DNA of 64,000 bases from Blepharisma stoltei ATCC 30299 (taxonomy: Eukaryota > Protista > Ciliophora). Numbering within the stretch: position 1 is the stretch's first letter; each line of letters opens with the position of its first letter. The notes under the pieces were generated by a model, which did no database searches, had not been told where the DNA came from, and was given only the letters and a program-made list of their open reading frames with translations. Shown one piece after another: positions 33,173 to 45,908 of the stretch. The stretch spans positions 744,001 to 808,000 of the forward strand of contig CBFDEM010000012.1 of assembly GCA_965603825.1 (NCBI GenBank), in the 5' to 3' direction. A program made the translations under genes and the position numbers.

Positions 33173-36025
33173 ATGGAATATCGCAAAAGCTCCTACTGGG
33201 CTGACTCAATTACTTCAATAATGAGAAAAACCGAAATGAATCTTCATCGCATCCAAACCCCTCTCCAGCAGCTCTATGAAGAACAGTCTCGGCCAGCAAC
33301 CTCTGCTGTATATCAAAGCAATGATCCATCTGATATCCGATCAAGACCCAGAACTGCCAATCAGCCAGAAGACTCACCAATAGAACCAAATTACATGAAA
33401 ACTCACATAGAAAAAATCGTGACCGATTTTTTAAAATTCCAGCGACATGACATCAATAGCATAAACGACCGATTAGCCATTCTCGAAACAAGCCAAGCCC
33501 AGTCTGAAGCTAATAAAGAGAATTTCCAAAAGTCTTTAAATGCTGTAGAAAATAAATGCCTGGCAGAAACACGGAGACTTGAAGAAACTTTTCGTGGGTT
33601 TGTGACTCAAGATGATTTAAAAATAGTTGAAGAGTCTGTGAAAAACACCCATTTATACCAAATAGCCCAAGTTGAGCTTGATTTTAAAGATCTACGGAGC
33701 GAGCTGCATGGGATTAAAGAAGAAGCCTTTATTATGGTAGAAAACCGTCTCAGAGAGCTGGCAAAATCAATGATAAACCCTAAAGAAATTCTTGACTTGA
33801 AAAATGAAGTTATCAGAGAAACAGCTGAAAAAATAAACGAAATTGAAAATAAAATCAGCCAGGACTGGCAAACACTGCAAAATTTTAATTCAGAAACAGT
33901 AGAAATGTATGAGAAAAAGTTCAGGGATTTTAATGACGTGATTAATGACAGAATTGATGATGAAAATAAAGACTGGACCAAGAAAATTGCGACTGTCAAA
34001 AATAGTATTACAGAAGAGTGCGGAAAATTGAAAAGCGAAATTCAGAGGCTGGAAAATGAATTTTCCCTTGGGGATATTGAGTATGAGATTGGAGACCTAC
34101 GAAAACAGTTCACAAGTCTGCAAAAAAGTGTTGGGAATTTTGCATCTAAACAAGATTTAGAAGAAGTTAGAAAATCTGCAGCAAACAGCCAGCCTGTACA
34201 AATAGATACAGAGAATTTAGTAGAGAGAGAAGAAATCAATGAGATTATTAAAGAAATAAACAAAAGACTCGAAGAGGGGAAACTTTTGCAGATAGAAATC
34301 AAAAAAGAGCTCGAAGGGATTGAGATGAGGATAATTGAGCTTGAAAATGAGTCTTCAGGAAGCGAACAAGGGGATTTTGAGCTAATTGCCCAAGAAAAAA
34401 AGACTTTTCAAAAGCAAAAAGACGCAAATCCTTTTAAAAGTGCAAAGGCTGGCTTTGATAATATTGAGAAAGAAAGCCAAAAGTTTGAAAAATTGTCTTC
34501 TTTTGGGGCTCAAGGGATCCCTGAAGATATAAGATCTCTTTCAGATATTAAACCGAGGGATAGTGAGGATAGTAAAAGAGAAAGCCCAGTGCTCAAAGGG
34601 ATAAATATCCCAGATCAACCCCAAAAGAGCCCTAAAAAGGAGCCTGCAAAAGAAATCCAAGAAATAAAGCCTCAGCAGAAAGAGAAGCCACAGCTTGTTC
34701 AAAAAATGCCATCACCTGATATAAAGCCACCCCAAACATCTCCTGATATTAACCCGCAGCCAATCCAAAAGTCTCCTGATATAAAGCCGCAGCCAAAAAT
34801 TGTAGAAAACCCAATATTACCTCCTGAAGTAAAACCTCAGCCAAAAGCTGCAGAAGCCCCTAAAATTGCAGAACCAAAGAGTCAACCCCAAGAAGAGCCT
34901 AAAAAAATGAGCCGAAATGACCTACTAGCTCCATTTATCCAACAAATTACCAAAAATCTTTTCAACACTGAACTAGAAAAGTGTTTTGAAGAAGTTGCAC
35001 TTGCCAGAAAAAGGAGCCAACAATTAACCCAAGATCCTTATTCTTCTTATAAAACTCCACAAGAAGAAAAAAAGCTTAATATCAGCAGTGACAGCTTAAA
35101 AAATATCAGGCAGCTTAAAATAAGCCCAAACCATTCTTTCGCGAGCAGGCATGATAGCAGTGTTGAAGAAATCAAATATGCACCAAAACCTCAGCAAAAA
35201 GTAAATCAGCAGGCTAAAGATAGTAAGCCACCAGTGGATATTGCAAAAGGAAGCCAAAAAATACCTGAAAAGGTGTCTAAAGAAATCCCAAAACAGCCAG
35301 AAGTAATTTCTAAACAAATTCCTGGAAAGCCTGAAGTTGCAAAAGAAATTCCTAAGCAACCTGAGCCTGCTAAACAAATTCAAAAGCAGCCTGAACCAAT
35401 TAAACAAGCCCAAAAGCAGCCTGAGCCGATTAAACAAGTCCAAAAGCAGCCTGAGCCTGTAAAAGAAGTTAAAAAACCCTCAATAGTAGACGAAATTCTG
35501 CAAAAGAAGAAACAAGAAGAGCCTAAGCTTCCTAAAGAAATACCAAAGCAAAATGTGTATAAAGAAGAGCCTAAAAAGCCTGCAGCTAAGGATGAATGGA
35601 GCAATGTTCTAGATGAAGAAGACCCTTGGGAAGTATCTCCGAAGTCTTCTTCAAAAGCTCCTCTTCAGCAGTACAAGCAAGATCCTTGAAGTTCGTCTGC
35701 AAAAGCTCCTGTAAAGGAAAGTAAGGCAATTGTTCAACAGCCCAAACAAGAACTAGGAGAAGGGCTAGCATTTGATACTGGAAGCAGCATAGAAATAAAT
35801 GATGACTGGAACCTTGGCTTTTCTGTGGTAAACCAAAACCAAAACATTTTGGCATCCAAATCTCCTCAAAAGCCAAATCCTGTAAAAGAGCCTCCAAAGC
35901 CTGTAGTAAAAGCACAAGTTCCTCCTGTGAAAGGAAACAAAATGATAATAAACCCTCCAAATATTTCTGACTCTGAGTCTGATAAGATATCAATTGAATT
36001 TGATGACTTGCCCTTACCATTCTAA
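33173..36025 (+). CDS. Large coiled-coil protein with P/Q/K/E-rich repetitive tail and acidic-Trp (DPW) motifs
   Basis: First ATG in the long frame at 33173; frame continues across TGA 35687-35689 to TAA 36023-36025. Confidence 0.8.
35341..35470 (+). repeat. Coding 30-bp tandem repeat (KQPEPxKQxQ), about 4 copies
   Basis: caaaagcagcctgagccgattaaacaagtc-type units. Confidence 0.9.
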
Positions 36026-36307
36026 TGAAATATAATAATTTAACTTTATTAAAACAACCAAAATCTTAATCTATTTATAATCGATCATGCTGCTTAGTAT
36101 GATAAAATCTGAAAATAGCTTTTTTTAATTACCATAAATTCCAAAATTTTAATTATCTTATTGTGACTCCCTTATATAATATTTCTCCAATTTTAACTTT
36201 CTAATAAATTATTCTCTCCACCTCCAGCTCATCTATTTCTATTTCCTAAGTCTCATAATCTCCACCTGCAGAGTTCTCCCTAACTAATAGTGCTATAACG
36301 ATAATAT

Positions 36308-37057
36308 ATGGCTCATCACGAACTAGACAAAGAAGAGCTTGATTATCGCCTAAACTCAATTTTGAAGCAAGAAGACTTTGGAATCCCAACGTCAGAGCCA
36401 TTAGAAAACCCTCCAAACCTCGCTTTCCAAGCCTTAAAGGTTGAAACCAGCAGCCCAGAGATAGTCGTTCCAAAAATCGAGCCTAAGCCTGAGCCTTTAT
36501 CTCCAGGCTCAGAAAATCGCAAAAAGCGAGGCCGAAAACCAATCAGACCCAACGACCCCATTAAAAAGAAAACAGAAGAAAAGGACAAGTACTGGCTACG
36601 TGTATTTCGTGCTTATATGAAATCTAGATACTCCAAAATCAAGCAAAGGCTCAACACAACTGAACAGCTGTTTTGGTTAGAATATCTCGGGCCTAGCGGG
36701 AAGCCAGGCAAAGGTAACCAGTTCTTGTCATATGGCAAAAAATATAAAAACTTTCTGTTTTCTGAGCCAATTTTTGTAGCTGCTTTCCGGGACTGGTTTC
36801 AGAACAACGGACACGAAGATTTATCGAAAAAATGCCAGCCTGGCTCTGATTTGTGATATGTGTATTATGACTATGCAAGTAAGGATTTAATGAATTATAT
36901 CCCACATGGAGCATCCTCAGTTGACAGCGGGGACTCTCCATTGAGCTGCACCTCACCTCCAGAGCTGCAGGAGTCTCCGTTCACTGATGATATTGATTTC
37001 TGTATGGTTGGCACAGACAACGATACAGTCTTTGAGAATTTTATCAATCAAATGTAA
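36308..37057 (+). CDS. Hypothetical nuclear protein with AT-hook-like KKRGRKP and aromatic-rich helical domain
   Basis: ORFs joined across TGA 36854-36856. Confidence 0.8.
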
Positions 37058-37098
37058 TAAGCCTTATTTAATATGGTTTTATAAATTTTTGCAAAATT

Positions 37099-38784
37099 AT
37101 GCTGGATCTTAATCCTGGCCAACCTGACCCGCCATTTGAAGATGAATTGTATAAGGTACTAAGAGTTGTACCTTGAAAAGGGCCTTTTTTTACAATTCAA
37201 GAAGCTATTAATGCAGCATCGCCTGGTACTAGAATTATGATTGCTTCAGGATTATATACGCAAAATATTACAATCAGTATACCTGGTTTAGTATTGGAGC
37301 CACAGGAGCCGGAGGGACAGGTCCAAATTACTTGTCCCCAAGGTCCTATAATAACTGTTTCCCTAAAAGACAGTGAGTCCTGTACAATCAAAGGAATAAA
37401 AATAATCCATACTTCAACAGCAGGCAAAAGACAAGAAAGCTTCAGTAGCGCTACTGATGAAAGCTTTTATGGCCTATCTGATACCCAAAAAGGCAGCGAG
37501 CATTGAATTAGGTCACTAAAGATTTCTAGAAACATGAGCTGTGGCATCTGGGTTGACGGTGGAGTCGCCACCCTTGAGAATTGCAGGATTTCTTTAGCTT
37601 CTGCTAAGTCTCCACTCACAGGCATCGTCTGTAGCAATGGACACTTAAACCTAGACCGATGCTTAGTTAAAGGAAACGAAGAAGTCCCCACTGTAGGAGT
37701 TTATGTTAGTGAGGCAAACCTCACCTGCAAAAAGTCAAAAATCTTTAACCACAGAGGCGGAGGGCTCATTTTATACGGAACTCCTTTCAGCTCTATCTTT
37801 ATTTCAGAGTGCCAAATCGCCAATAACATGAATTGTGGCATTTTCTGCTCAGGCGAAGAATCAAGACCAACAATCCAAAGAAGTGTAATCTCCAATAACG
37901 ACGGGTCAGGCATCAGAGTTGGTCTTTTCTGCTGTGCACAAATAAAAGGCAATGAAATCAAAAATAATGAAAAAGGCATCGAGGTCGATAACGGCGACCC
38001 TTTTGTGTTTTTAAATATCATAAAATCGAACCTTGGAGAAGGCTGCATTTTTAAAGGTGACAAAGAGCTCAGATGTGATGGGAAACTGATGAGCAACGAT
38101 ATTTTTGAAAACGATAAAGGGATCGTCTGCGAAGGCCCCACCTGCCGCACTGTCATAGTGGGCAATGGAAAAATTTCTAATAGTAAAAAAACTGGGATTG
38201 AAGTCAGGGATAATGCCCATTGTGTGATCCTCAAGAACGATATTTTTGAGAATGGAACACAAGGGATTTTACTTGTAAAAGGATCTTCGGCTCATATAGA
38301 AAGGAATAGCGTCCATAATAATCTGAAGGCGAATATTGCCTTTGGGGGATGCGAAAATAGTGATACCACTATTATAGAGAACTCAATTTTTAGGAGCAAA
38401 AGTGAAGGGATTTTTAATTGCCAAGGAGGGGTGTCGTGGATAAAGAGGAACCATATATATGAAAATAGTGATGGGATTTTGGTGGTGGATAGCCACCCTG
38501 TTATTACAATGAATTCTGTTTATGATAATAGAAGGAGCGGGATTGTGGTAGCAGGAAGTAGTCAGCCAGATGTAGAAGATAATGAAGTGCTGAGGAACAC
38601 AGCAGTCGGGATATGTGTGAGAGATTTATCTGCAGGGCTGATTTTGAGAAACTATGCTTTTGGAAATTTGGTTCAGATGGCGATAATCACGAAGACGAAG
38701 ATGAATATCAAGCAAATTAAACGAGAAAATTATATAAAGGGAGAGGTTCAGCTTCCTCTCCCAGTTATGTGCTCGTTATTTTAA
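37099..38784 (+). CDS. Right-handed parallel beta-helix (PbH1/NosD, FBXO11-like repeats) protein with CaaX-like end
   Basis: FFTIQEAINAA..I..GLY; repeated IxxNxIxxNxxxGI; TGA 37174 and 37504 as Trp; ends CSLF. Confidence 0.88.
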
Positions 38785-38956
38785 TTATCTTAAGTTTCAT
38801 AAAGTTTGAAGCAAAACTATTCTTCAATCATATGCCATACAGTGCAGACAGATAAGACACTTCTTTAATATAGAAAAATTCTTAACTGGGCAAAAATAAA
38901 TAGACTGAATAGGCATTTTCTGTAGATCTAGAGGTCAAAATTACGGTTAATAAACA

Positions 38957-39376
38957 TTAAATCACAGTGCATCGATAACAAGACACTGCTCTGCTCGAAT
39001 TAATACCAGATAGCCGCTCTTTGTCAATTATCAGCTTGTGTTTCGAATTTTCGTTTGGCCTTGCTTGCGAAATCTTTGATTTTGGTAGCTCGAACTGAGA
39101 ACTATCTGGCCGTGTATGAGAATGCTCTAAATTTCCATGAGTATGGCGATGAGTAGCTTTCTTATTATGATTCGGGGATTCTTCTTCTGAGCTAGAATCT
39201 AATGAGTACCTTCTTTTCTTCCTCGCAATCATCTGTTGAGTTAAATCTAGAGTCAACGAATTCGGTCGTATCGGCTTATAACCTACAGGGCTTATATCTG
39301 CTTCTGACGAACTCTCATCAGAAGACGACTTATCAGAATCTGATTCTCCAGAGGTTTTTCATGTGTGAGATCTCAT
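38957..39376 (-). CDS. Small Ser-rich protein ending in CaaX (CTVI)
   Basis: ATG 39376, TGA-Trp at codon 6, in frame with the listed ORF; ends SCYRCTVI. Confidence 0.7.
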
Positions 39377-39408
39377 TTATTTTGACGATTTACTAATAAT
39401 TACTTATT

Positions 39409-40743
39409 ATGTTTAGAGCTGCATTTGGAAGTCGCCCCTCAAGAATTGAGCTTCCCGACGACGTAGAAGACTATCAGTGCTTCACTGATGCCCTGCTCAA
39501 GCCACGAGATCTTGGCTGCGAACCAATTTCAAGCCAACTTTATAATCGAGAATGCGGCCTGCCTGGCTCTTACAGCTATTGAAGTTCAAGCCGACTAGTC
39601 CCGTCAACAGTAAAACTAACGTAGTGTATCCCCCCTACGCTTGAATTTGACTCAAGAGTCTACAATGGCCAATTTTCCTGTACAGGCGATCTCTATTATT
39701 GCACTTCACAAGGTGATATCAAAATCTATGATACTTCAGACCCCTTAGACTGGAGTTTACTAAAAACCATCGATGGGATCGGAATCCAATGAACTATTAC
39801 AGATGCCGATATCAGCCCTTGCCAAAAATACATCATATATAGCACTTTTAACTCTAACATTTTTCTTGCCAATATTTCTCCGGACAGCGAAAACGTCTAT
39901 CAAACATCATCTGCTCAAATTAATGAACAAATAGCTATAAACACCTCAGCTCGTAATGATTATGCTGTTTTCAGCTTAAAATTCTCAGGAGAAGGCAACA
40001 AAGTAGTCGTCGGGACCAATGGGTTTTCACTTGAGGTTGTCGATTTAGTAAAGAAAAAAAACATTTGCAGTGTCCCAAATGCCCACCATGATGACGTAAA
40101 TACAGTTTGTTTTGCAGACAGAGAAGGGTCCAATGTGATTTTTTCAGGGTCTGATGATACAACGGTAAAGATATGGGATGTCAGGGCGATGAACGGAAGA
40201 GACTGCCAAGGAGTTTTGATAGGGCATAGAGAAGGGGTTACTCATGTGTCTTCTAAAGGGGATGAACTTTATTTGATTTCAAACTCAAAAGACCAAACGT
40301 TGAAGTTATGGGACTTGAGAAAGTGCTCGAGCAAGCACGAATATAAAGCATTTAGTAGGACTCACCATTATCAGTCAGGATTTGATTATCGGTGAAATAG
40401 GTATCCTATGGAAGGATATACGAAGAGGCTAGCTGCGGACACTTCGTTATTGACTTTTAGAGGCCACCACGTTTTGACTACTTTGATAAGGTGCTATTTT
40501 TCGCCTATTTTTATAACAGGACAGAGGTTTATTTATACAGGAGACTATAATGGGCAGGTTTATGTTTATGACGCGCACACAGGCAAGACTGTGAATGTTC
40601 TGAGATCGCTGACTCATGAGCAGATGTTGACTGGAGAGACGTGTTCGAGAGATGTATCATGGCATCCATTTATGCCTATGATATGCGCAACTTCGTTTCT
40701 CAATACCATCCACACCTACACCTATGACAGCGAGATTGATTAA
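39409..40743 (+). CDS. DCAF11: WD40 protein DCAF11/WDR23/LEC14B
   Basis: SRVYNGQFS, QW(TGA)TITD, AHHDDVNTVCFAD, LIGHREGVT, SNSKDQTLKLWDLRK, FDYRW(TGA), TLIRCYFSP, RDVSWHP; intron 39610-39624. Confidence 0.92.
39610..39624 (+). other. 15-nt intron
   Basis: GTAAAACTAACGTAG, in-frame TAG. Confidence 0.88.
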
Positions 40744-40800
40744 TGAATTTTTAATTTATTTCTTTTATTTTCTACACAATTTATTCCTAATTTTTGTAAT

Positions 40801-41340
40801 TTAATGAAATTCCAGCTCTGAAGGACTAATGCTTCGCTTTTTCGCTACCAGTGTGCTTTTTTCTTTGTCTCGGGGCATTGCTTTCCTCATATCGTAAGCG
40901 TCTTCTTCTGGCTGAGAATAGTAGTCTCGGACTTCTCGATATACGATGTAGCCTAACTTTTGGTAAAAACCTATAGCTACCTCATTGCTAGCCCTTACAA
41001 ATAAATCGACGAAATAGCCGTCATGGGCTATTGTGGTGTCTTCAAGAAATTTCATCAAGGCAGATGCTAAGCCTTGTCGTCGGTTTGTGGGAGCTACTGT
41101 TACAGCTGTGACGTGGCCGTGCCAGTCTCGTTTGATATCACAGTTCTTCGCGCCTTCAACTTTACCGAGGACGTAGCCTTGGATATCTCCAGTTGGACCT
41201 TCTGCGACTTTGCAGTATTCTGGCCATTTAGCAAGATAGCGGCCATAAAAGCCGACGTTATATGTCTCTGTAAGGATATCAAGGTTGACTTTGTTAAAGC
41301 TAAATATATCGCATAGAGAAAATTGCCTTAGTGTTGTCAT
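40801..41340 (-). CDS. NAA20: NatB catalytic subunit (N-alpha-acetyltransferase 20)
   Basis: MTTLRQF, NLDILTETY, WHGHVTAVTVAP, FVDLFVRASN, EDAYDMRK. Confidence 0.96.
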   Translation of the reverse strand: MTTLRQFSLCDIFSFNKVNLDILTETYNVGFYGRYLAKWPEYCKVAEGPTGDIQGYVLGKVEGAKNCDIKRDWHGHVTAVTVAPTNRRQGLASALMKFLEDTTIAHDGYFVDLFVRASNEVAIGFYQKLGYIVYREVRDYYSQPEEDAYDMRKAMPRDKEKSTLVAKKRSISPSELEFH

Positions 41341-41601
41341 TTTTATGTTATATGGTGTTAGCTAATTTTTGCTGCATGCCAAGTTATATATAATAGACAA
41401 AAATCCAAGGCTAATGCAAAAATTACCAAGCCTGTGCACTAATCGAGTAATTGCTAAAAACTATAGAAATTTTTAGTGCCGTAATTTTATAGAAAAAGCA
41501 TTATTCTGCATGCAATTGAAATTATAGTTCTAAAGATCTGCTATATTTAATAAAAACTTAGCTATTCCCATTTACACTTTTGTACATCGAAAGTCTATTT
41601 G

Positions 41602-44600
41602 TTAATAATTAAAACTTTCCAAACTTAAAGGTTGTGTATAAATTATATCACTTTTTGCCTCATTTCCGTCAAAATTTACATGCTCCATCACATTGCTATT
41701 AAGCATATTCCTATAATTTTCCCTTCTCTGCTTCAAATTTGTCGCTTTTTTCTTATTTTTGATTTTTCCAGAAATTTCATGATATGCCATTTCGAATTTT
41801 TTCATCGCCCCACCTGCCCCATTCACAATTCCAAAAATCGACCCTATTAAAATACTAGCAAGCATATTGAATGACATCTTTTGTGATCTTGTTGTAAATA
41901 AGCAGTTTTCTCGCTTATCAAGCCACACATTTATCTTTAATCCTGCTGAAAAAGGTAAGCTAATGATGTTTACTTCTGAACCTTCTTCTGGAGCTTCTAT
42001 AATAGAGACGTGGTATCCTGTAAGTTTGCTGGGTCATGAGGAAATTTCTGACATAAAATACGAAGGGATCAAAGAAAAATGAAACTGGCTTGGACTGGGC
42101 CCTCGAAATACAGTGGATTTATTAGCAGATAATGACTGATACATACTGCTTATTTCATCTGGGATTGAAGAAGTTGATGTAACGTTTACTTTAAATGCTG
42201 ACGCATAGCTGAATTTTTCTTTAAATGTCAGTTCTAGATGTGAGCCATATGAGAGTTCTGAGTTTGTAAAAACCACATTGATGATGCAGCTGCCTTCATT
42301 GTTTTTGGCACAGTAAATTTCATAGGAAGAATATGAGATGTATTGGAATGAAAATTCAGTGAGGTCTGAACAGACTTTGTCGGAGCCACAGGAGTCTCCG
42401 TAGCCGTACACGATAACTGATACTGTAATATTGGCTGAAAAAGTAGAAATTTGGTCTCATAAGGTAGTCAGTGGGATAAAATGCTTCATTTCTTGGACAT
42501 TGGTATTTATATAGCTGCCAATCTCATAGCTAGCCAATAAAAATGCAAGAAATATAAATATAGCTGTAAACACTCCTCCAATTTTAGTTCTCCTTAAAAT
42601 CATTACCGAATCATTTACGTAGTTATGCATTTCGTCATAAATATCGATTTTCGCAATTTCCTTTCTCAGTTTTTCAATAGAAATCAGCAGAAATAAGAAA
42701 ACTACAAAACTTAAGGATAAATTTAAAATTGTACTTGAAGCAGAAATTAGTGACCCACTAGTGTACAAATCAGGCTGAATTGACTCTTTATCGAGGTAAT
42801 TACTTTGATCAAGCGGGCTAACACTCCCTGTCAGACAAATTTTTCCAGCTGGACATTTCTTGCAAGCACTGCTACCTATTTCATTGCTAAAAGTATTTTC
42901 AGGACATGGATAGCACTGGCTATAAGAATTCAAGCCATAAGAAGGATTATATGTCCCTTCAGGACATGGTATACAGCTGGCCATCCCATAAAAATCAGTA
43001 TAACTCCCAGGCCCACACAGTTGGCATTCTCCATTATTGTCAAAAAAACCTGGACTGCACTCAAAATCTAACCCCTCAAAATCAACTTTTACAAAACTAT
43101 TTTTGCCTACCAAAATTCTCATAGAGTGGCCATACATTGACCCTCCTCCATGGATATAAATATTATTTTTATAATACACATAAGCTGCTCTATATATATA
43201 ATCCGGAAGCAGCCCTAAGGGTATAAAGCTTTTTTCTTTTAAATCCAAAATAAAAATATCCTTGTAGACATCAATAGCCCATAGATCTCCTCCCATTACT
43301 ATAATCTTGTCTGATACCTTTTGGACAACTGCATTAGCCCTATTTGTTATAGGAGTCTCATAATTTGTAGTGTATACATTTGTCCATTTATTAGAGGTAA
43401 AATTAAAATAGTCCACATCTCCTAATGGCGCTTCTCCTTTGCCAGTCCCATAAAAAGTGAAAAATAAGATGTTTTCACTGTCATCAATTTCGATTTTGCA
43501 AGAAGAAAAAGCAGAAGGTGCTGGACCTTCGTCAGTTCCATCGTAGACTAAAGTGTAGGTATAGGTAGAAATGTCAAAAATTCATAACTCATTGGAATAC
43601 CCAGCTAAGGCTAGGCCACCAAATATGAAAATGTAAGGAAAATAAATTTTGGCACAGGAGCCTGTCCGAGGAGTAGGGACATCATCAGATGAAGAGGGTT
43701 CTATTAAGCTTCATTGGTTAGAAAGGACGTTATACACATATAAATCATTAGAATATCCTGCATATCCTTCTCCCCCAAAAATTACCAAGATGTCACCTTT
43801 TGAGTCAGAGCCATGACCACTTCTTGGTGGTGGGTTATTTCCTAGCAGAAAAACAGGCTCCCAAATTTCTTTTTCTGGATAAAAAACCCAAAAATCGTTT
43901 AAAAGCAAAGTCTGATTTCTCCCTCCAAATAAATAAAGTTTATCATAAATGGCATTCAATGAGTGCCTTTCTCTGACACTTGGGCTTAAATATTCAGGCG
44001 AAATAAACTTATATTCTAGCTCAGTCCCATTTAAGGTATATTCTATCATATTGTTCAGTATAATTCCTAATGAAGCACTATACCCTCCAAACATATAAAA
44101 AGAGCCAGGCTTACTTGCAAAACTTAAAGAATCTCTGATAATCGGAAAAGAGACTGTATCAGCAGTTATAGGGTTAACGTATTTTCATTCATATGTATGG
44201 TCTGAAAGATCGACAGTCATAATATTTTCTATATCCCCATAAAATTCTTCAGATCAGCCATATAATAAATAAAAATTTGTGCCTATTATAGCACTTCCTG
44301 CGTAATAAGTGCTTGTATATGTATTCAGACTATTTGTGATATTTTCTCATAGATTATTGTGTATGTCATATCTAAAAAATTTTTGGTTAAAAGGGTTTGA
44401 GCTTTCTTTTTCGATTCCTCCACACATATATATAAAGCCATTTAGATGCTCAATTAACGCGAAATCTAGCTTAGGTGTAATTACTTTTTGAAAATTCTGA
44501 AGCGTCCAAGTAGAGTTTTCAACGTTAAATCTGACTTGAGATTACATAAATAGATTGTTATCGTATCCAAACGGCAGACATCCGCCATAAAGGGCAAACT

Positions 44601-45088
44601 TCAATTTTCTGTCAACAGTGTCATAATAGCTTGTATAACCAAATCTATACCTGGAGGAAGGAATATCGCCTTTCTGTTTTATACTATTTCATTGTAAACT
44701 TTTAAGATCATAACTTCACATATCGTTAAGTGGTCCATTTAGTGTCAGGCCTCCAAAAATATAAAGCTTGTTTTTTACAGAATCAACGAAACCTCCAAAA
44801 AATATTCTTGGAACTATAATAACAAATACTGGGCGAAATCTGTGAAAGTGGGACAAGGTTAGATCAGGTTTTTGTTTCTAAGGAAAATGATCATACGTCA
44901 TTATAGACAATTGATACGTCCAGGTTACCTCCAAATACAATCAAGTTATCTGTTTCATTGTTGTAAGCTAATAATGCGTATTCTCTTTTAGAAGGTGGAG
45001 AGTCCATTGCTGGGATTCTTGTAAAGGAGATTGAATAGGTTTGTGAGCAAGATAGGATATAGAGAAAAATCTTAATTATTTGGCCCAT
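41602..45088 (-). CDS. Multi-pass membrane protein: signal peptide, kelch repeats, Cys-rich (GCC2_GCC3/ephrin-receptor-like) repeats, three TM segments
   Basis: One frame after removing introns 44814-44829 and 44531-44545 and reading 11 TGA as Trp; kelch LYIFGG..ND.W motifs; CxxCPxGTY repeats. Confidence 0.87.
44531..44545 (-). other. 15-nt intron
   Basis: GTAATCTCAAGTCAG, in-frame TAA. Confidence 0.87.
44814..44829 (-). other. 16-nt intron
   Basis: GTATTTGTTATTATAG; removal restores the kelch reading frame (SPIPRIFFGG..LYIFGG). Confidence 0.85.
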
Positions 45089-45908
45089 TTATTTTGTTTT
45101 CATAATAATTAAAAATTGTCATAAATTCCTAAAAGTCATTTTTTTAAGAAACTGCTAAATAATCGTATGAAAATGGATGCTAATTATATTATCTGCACTC
45201 TTTCTTAATCCATCATCCCGATTAATTTTTAAAAGCTGCTATTTAATATTTTAAAGGTATTTTTTCCTTTTTCTCAAAAATAGAGTATTATTTATATTTT
45301 GATATCAGCCGTTTCATAACTTTCTTCAGCTCAATATTCACTTTTAATTATCTTAAATTTCTAAATGATTTTTATCAATAATCCAAAGCCAAAATTATTT
45401 TTCGTTATAAAAATTAGGAAAATAAACTATAAAGCTTATTTTTGTCAACCTAAGCTTAATAAATTTGCAGTCATTATTCACTCAACCTCCAATAATATCT
45501 AATTCCACCATTAAGCCTGAACTTTATTATAGATCTAATCTTGCATCTAATATCTTTTCTAGTACACACTCAAACTTTATATCATTAAATATTCGCACTG
45601 TTAATGCTTTCACATCTAGCCATCTGAAATCTAATAAATTACCAAATATTTTGCTGCTTAATTTGAGTCATTTGACTGTATTATTTTAATGAAAATTATT
45701 CCATAAAAATACAAAAAATCTACTAAATCTTAAGCTTTAATATAGCTCCCTAAAATAAATATTTTTCTATATAAAATATAATAAGTCTTCAGGTTGATAC
45801 TATGCTGAGTATGCTCGGATAGATTTCAGCTAAAGATAAATTCTCCTGCAATTTAGAAAAACTAATTCGATAATTAATTACACTTATTTAATTAATATAA
45901 ACTTTGAT

